Shown: piece by piece, positions 33,678-35,989 of the stretch
How the letters are laid out: each line of letters begins with the position of its first letter
Numbering within the stretch: the first letter of the stretch is position 1
DNA from: Planctomycetota bacterium
GTDB taxonomy: Bacteria; Planctomycetota; UBA11346
Length of the DNA: 35,989 bases
NCBI GenBank assembly: GCA_031382605.1
Contig: JANMYZ010000511.1
Span: forward strand, 1-35,989
Reading direction: 5' to 3'
Program-made: the position numbers and the translations under genes
Notes under the pieces: generated by a model
What the model was told of the DNA's origin: nothing
The model's input: the letters and a program-made list of their open reading frames with translations, nothing else
Database searches by the model: none

Positions 33678-35849
33678 ATGATCATTCTCCCGCTCCGCCC
33701 CGAGACCAACGAGCGGTACGCTCCCATCGGCACGATCGCCATGATGCTGGTCAACGTGCTCGTCCACGTCATCTGGGGGCGCGGTGATCCTGTCGCGCTG
33801 GAGCCGTACCTGCTCGACTTTCAGTCCGTCCAGCCGCTGCAGTGGCTGACCTCGGCGTTCCTGCACGCCGATTGGATGCATCTGATCGGTAACCTCGTCT
33901 TTCTCTACGTCTTCGGGGCCTTGGTTGAAGATTTCCTTGGGCGCTGGTTCGTGCCAGCTTACTTGTTTCTGGCCCTCGCCAGCGGCGCGCTGGAGCAGGG
34001 CCTGTGCCTGCTCGAAAACAGGGAGGGACACGCGCTGGGTGCCAGCTCGGCGATCTATGGCTTGATCGCGATGGCGACCCTGTGGGCGCCGCGCACCCAC
34101 ATCTCGACCTTCGTCTGGTTCATCGTCATCCGCCGACCGCAGGTGATGCCGATCCGCGTGATGTGGCTGGCGGGGTACTTTATGGTGCTGCAGATCATCA
34201 CGGTTTTGCTCACGAATGGCGAGCCCAGCTCGGAGTTTCTGCACGCCTGCGGCATCGCTGCCGGTCTTGTGCTGGGCTTCCTCTGCCTGCACCAGCGTTG
34301 GATCGATACTGATGGCGAAGACGTCCTGGCCACCGGTCCCAAGCGCGGCGCCAAGTCGGCCATCGTCGTGCCCACCGTGACGTGGGATGAACAGGCCGCG
34401 CGGCTCGACGCTGCTGCCGCCGCTGGGCAATGCCGCGTCGCGCTGGCCGCCTACGAGGTTTTGCGCCGCGAATATCCGGCGCGCCTGCCGAGCATGTCGG
34501 TGCTCGAACGCCTGATGGAGCTGTGCGAGGAGTCGCTGGATTTCCACCGTGCTGCCGCGATCGCCGATCGCGCCCTGGCCGCTGGCCCGGTCAGCGACGT
34601 CCTGCTGCTGCGCTACGCGCGCGTCAGCGGCGTGCACCAGGGCAATGTCGACGCCGGCCTGGCCATGGTCGCCACCATCGACGTGAATCAGCTGCCCGAG
34701 GACGTCCGTGGCGAACTGGCCCAGCTCAGCACTCGTCTGGAGCGGCGCCGCCGGCCTGGGGCGCCCATCACCACCCGGATCGCTCACATGCTGCTGGTGG
34801 TCTTGCTGTTGGGTGGCCTGGGTGCCCGGACATATGCAGAGGAGCAGAACGCGGCGGAACTGCACCCGCTCACTGGCCGCGTCGTGCTTGCGGGCGGTGC
34901 TGCGATCACGCTCACGCAGAGTTCCGTCTACGTCACCTGGAGCGACCTGAGCCAATTCCTGGCCCTGCCGCCGACACCGACACCGGCTGCGGGCGAGGAA
35001 CCGCTGGGCGTGATTTTTCCGGCGCAAGCCATCGAAGCGATGTACGAGCAGCGCGAGCGCAACGGTTCACCCGATGCGTGGCAACAGCGGTCGCAACAGG
35101 CCATAATGTGCCTCGGCGCCATCCAGGTGTTCTGGGCCGATGGCTGGATCGACTTGTCGCAGCCGCTGCCATCTGCCGCACAGTTGCTCGCCGATTTCCA
35201 GTTCCAAGCGCAGGTGATCAGCAACCGTCACCTGCTGGGACCTGGGGTCTCGCTCACCTACGATGGCTTCGGCCAGGAACCGGTGCTCAACGCCAGGGAC
35301 GGCACGCTCGCCTGGTCGATCCGCCTGCAGATCCTTGGCCAGGGCATACTCGCCGAGCACGCCCACCATTCTTGCCATCTTGGAGCCAGGGGCGTCCTGG
35401 CCCTGATCTGCGAAGACGTGGAGGTCTCGGACCCGTCCATCCGGCACCTGAAAACTGCCGACCTGATGCAGAAGGCTGCCAGCCAGATCAGCTGGGAACC
35501 GAAGAGCGGTTACACGACCACTCTGCCTGACGGCGTGGGCGAGCGCACCGGCGGCTTCCGACGATTAATGCAACCGCGCCTGACCTTCGGCCACGACACC
35601 GATGAGCTGGATTTTCACCGTGGTCTCGGCTTCGTCTGGATCGTGATCCTGCTGCCGTTGGGCGCCGTCCTGTTCCTCATCTGGCGCTGGGTCACCAAGA
35701 CCATGCAGCCGCCGGTTCGCACCAGCGCGGTGACGAGCAGTGCGGTGACCAGTGACGTCAACCGTTGTCCCGCCTGCGGCAGCCCCGTGACGGTGGCGAC
35801 GCCGCGCTGCGTGGCGTGCGGGACCAGCCTGATCCGGCGCTCCGGGTGA
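33678..35849 (+). CDS. Rhomboid-family intramembrane serine protease fused to a helical (TPR-like) segment, an extra TM, a ~250-aa DUF2167-like domain, a further TM and a C-terminal zinc ribbon
   Basis: I chose the ATG at 33678 (MIILPLRPE). Rhomboid motifs are HADWMHLIGNLVFLYVFG, the catalytic-Ser motif GASSAIYGLIAM and the catalytic-His helix HACGIAAGLVLG. The C-terminus has CPACGSPVTVATPRCVACG. Confidence 0.85.
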   Translation: MIILPLRPETNERYAPIGTIAMMLVNVLVHVIWGRGDPVALEPYLLDFQSVQPLQWLTSAFLHADWMHLIGNLVFLYVFGALVEDFLGRWFVPAYLFLALASGALEQGLCLLENREGHALGASSAIYGLIAMATLWAPRTHISTFVWFIVIRRPQVMPIRVMWLAGYFMVLQIITVLLTNGEPSSEFLHACGIAAGLVLGFLCLHQRWIDTDGEDVLATGPKRGAKSAIVVPTVTWDEQAARLDAAAAAGQCRVALAAYEVLRREYPARLPSMSVLERLMELCEESLDFHRAAAIADRALAAGPVSDVLLLRYARVSGVHQGNVDAGLAMVATIDVNQLPEDVRGELAQLSTRLERRRRPGAPITTRIAHMLLVVLLLGGLGARTYAEEQNAAELHPLTGRVVLAGGAAITLTQSSVYVTWSDLSQFLALPPTPTPAAGEEPLGVIFPAQAIEAMYEQRERNGSPDAWQQRSQQAIMCLGAIQVFWADGWIDLSQPLPSAAQLLADFQFQAQVISNRHLLGPGVSLTYDGFGQEPVLNARDGTLAWSIRLQILGQGILAEHAHHSCHLGARGVLALICEDVEVSDPSIRHLKTADLMQKAASQISWEPKSGYTTTLPDGVGERTGGFRRLMQPRLTFGHDTDELDFHRGLGFVWIVILLPLGAVLFLIWRWVTKTMQPPVRTSAVTSSAVTSDVNRCPACGSPVTVATPRCVACGTSLIRRSG

Positions 35850-35850
35850 T

Positions 35851-35989
35851 CCTAAACGCGGCAGTAGGAATTCAAATTTCCAACGCAAAGACGCAAAGAC
35901 ACAAAGGAAAGGCAGGGTTTTGAATTCAATTTCGTATGATCAAGGACTTCACCAAACAGATGAATCTTGTTTTTGATGTAAGTCCTTTG
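35851..35989 (-). mobile_element. Family-A MITE-like element, inverted orientation, cut by the window edge
   Basis: Begins 1 nt after TGA at 35847-35849 with the B-end cctaaacgcggcagtaggaattc. 138/139 identical to the reverse complement of the copy at 33198. Confidence 0.9.

Noticed and set aside
33381-35027. 548-aa minus-strand ORF antisense to the rhomboid-fusion gene
   Set aside because: Its translation is Arg/Gly/Asp/Gln/His-rich low complexity with no motifs. It lies entirely opposite a plus-strand ORF that carries clear rhomboid catalytic motifs. This is a typical shadow ORF in GC-rich DNA.
34430-35530. 366-aa plus-strand ORF in an alternative frame of the rhomboid-fusion gene
   Set aside because: The product is Arg/Pro/Gly/Ala-rich and nonsense-like. 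It overlaps the better-supported frame, so it is a GC-rich frame artefact.
33198-35989. Composite transposon carrying the rhomboid gene
   Set aside because: The left MITE has its own 5-bp duplication on both of its sides (33193-33197 and 33386-33390). This indicates insertion as a single element. There is no transposase, and the outer flank of the right copy lies beyond the window. The observation is kept only as an inversion-prone arrangement.

Overview
This is a 36-kb bacterial chromosomal window. The taxon is inferred as PVC-like (Planctomycetota/Verrucomicrobiota), based on two paralogous beta-propeller 'membrane-bound dehydrogenase'-type proteins, a five-heme c-type cytochrome and many signal-peptide or lipoprotein genes. 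Roughly 2-19 kb is ordinary housekeeping: membrane cytochrome c, queF, a LolA-like protein, a DJ-1/PfpI protein, coaD, a GAF histidine kinase with a heterodimeric ABC exporter, yacG, a PBP4-type DD-peptidase, an RCK potassium channel, an ArsC/Spx-family protein, and a ClsB-like phospholipase D with an EEP phosphoesterase. Roughly 19.8-36 kb looks accessory and compositionally mosaic. It holds a dehydrogenase-like gene with a multiheme cytochrome, then an AT-richer block with a divergent paralog and a beta-helix/Ig-repeat surface protein bracketed by 177-bp direct repeats. A GC-richer block follows, with a polybasic HEAT-like protein, a lipoprotein and a rhomboid protease fused to large extra domains. 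The strongest non-genic signal is a ~180-bp palindromic MITE-like element present 8 times (6 full-length, 2 fragments). Five of the six full-length copies lie within 8 nt of a gene's TGA stop codon, and two have perfect 5-bp target duplications that contain the TGA (a third matches 4/5). One copy carries a nested second MITE with an 8-bp duplication. Two near-identical copies in inverted orientation bracket the rhomboid gene. I recognised no rRNA, tRNA, CRISPR array, transposase or integrase. All functional calls come from motifs read by eye in the ORF translations; no database search was possible.
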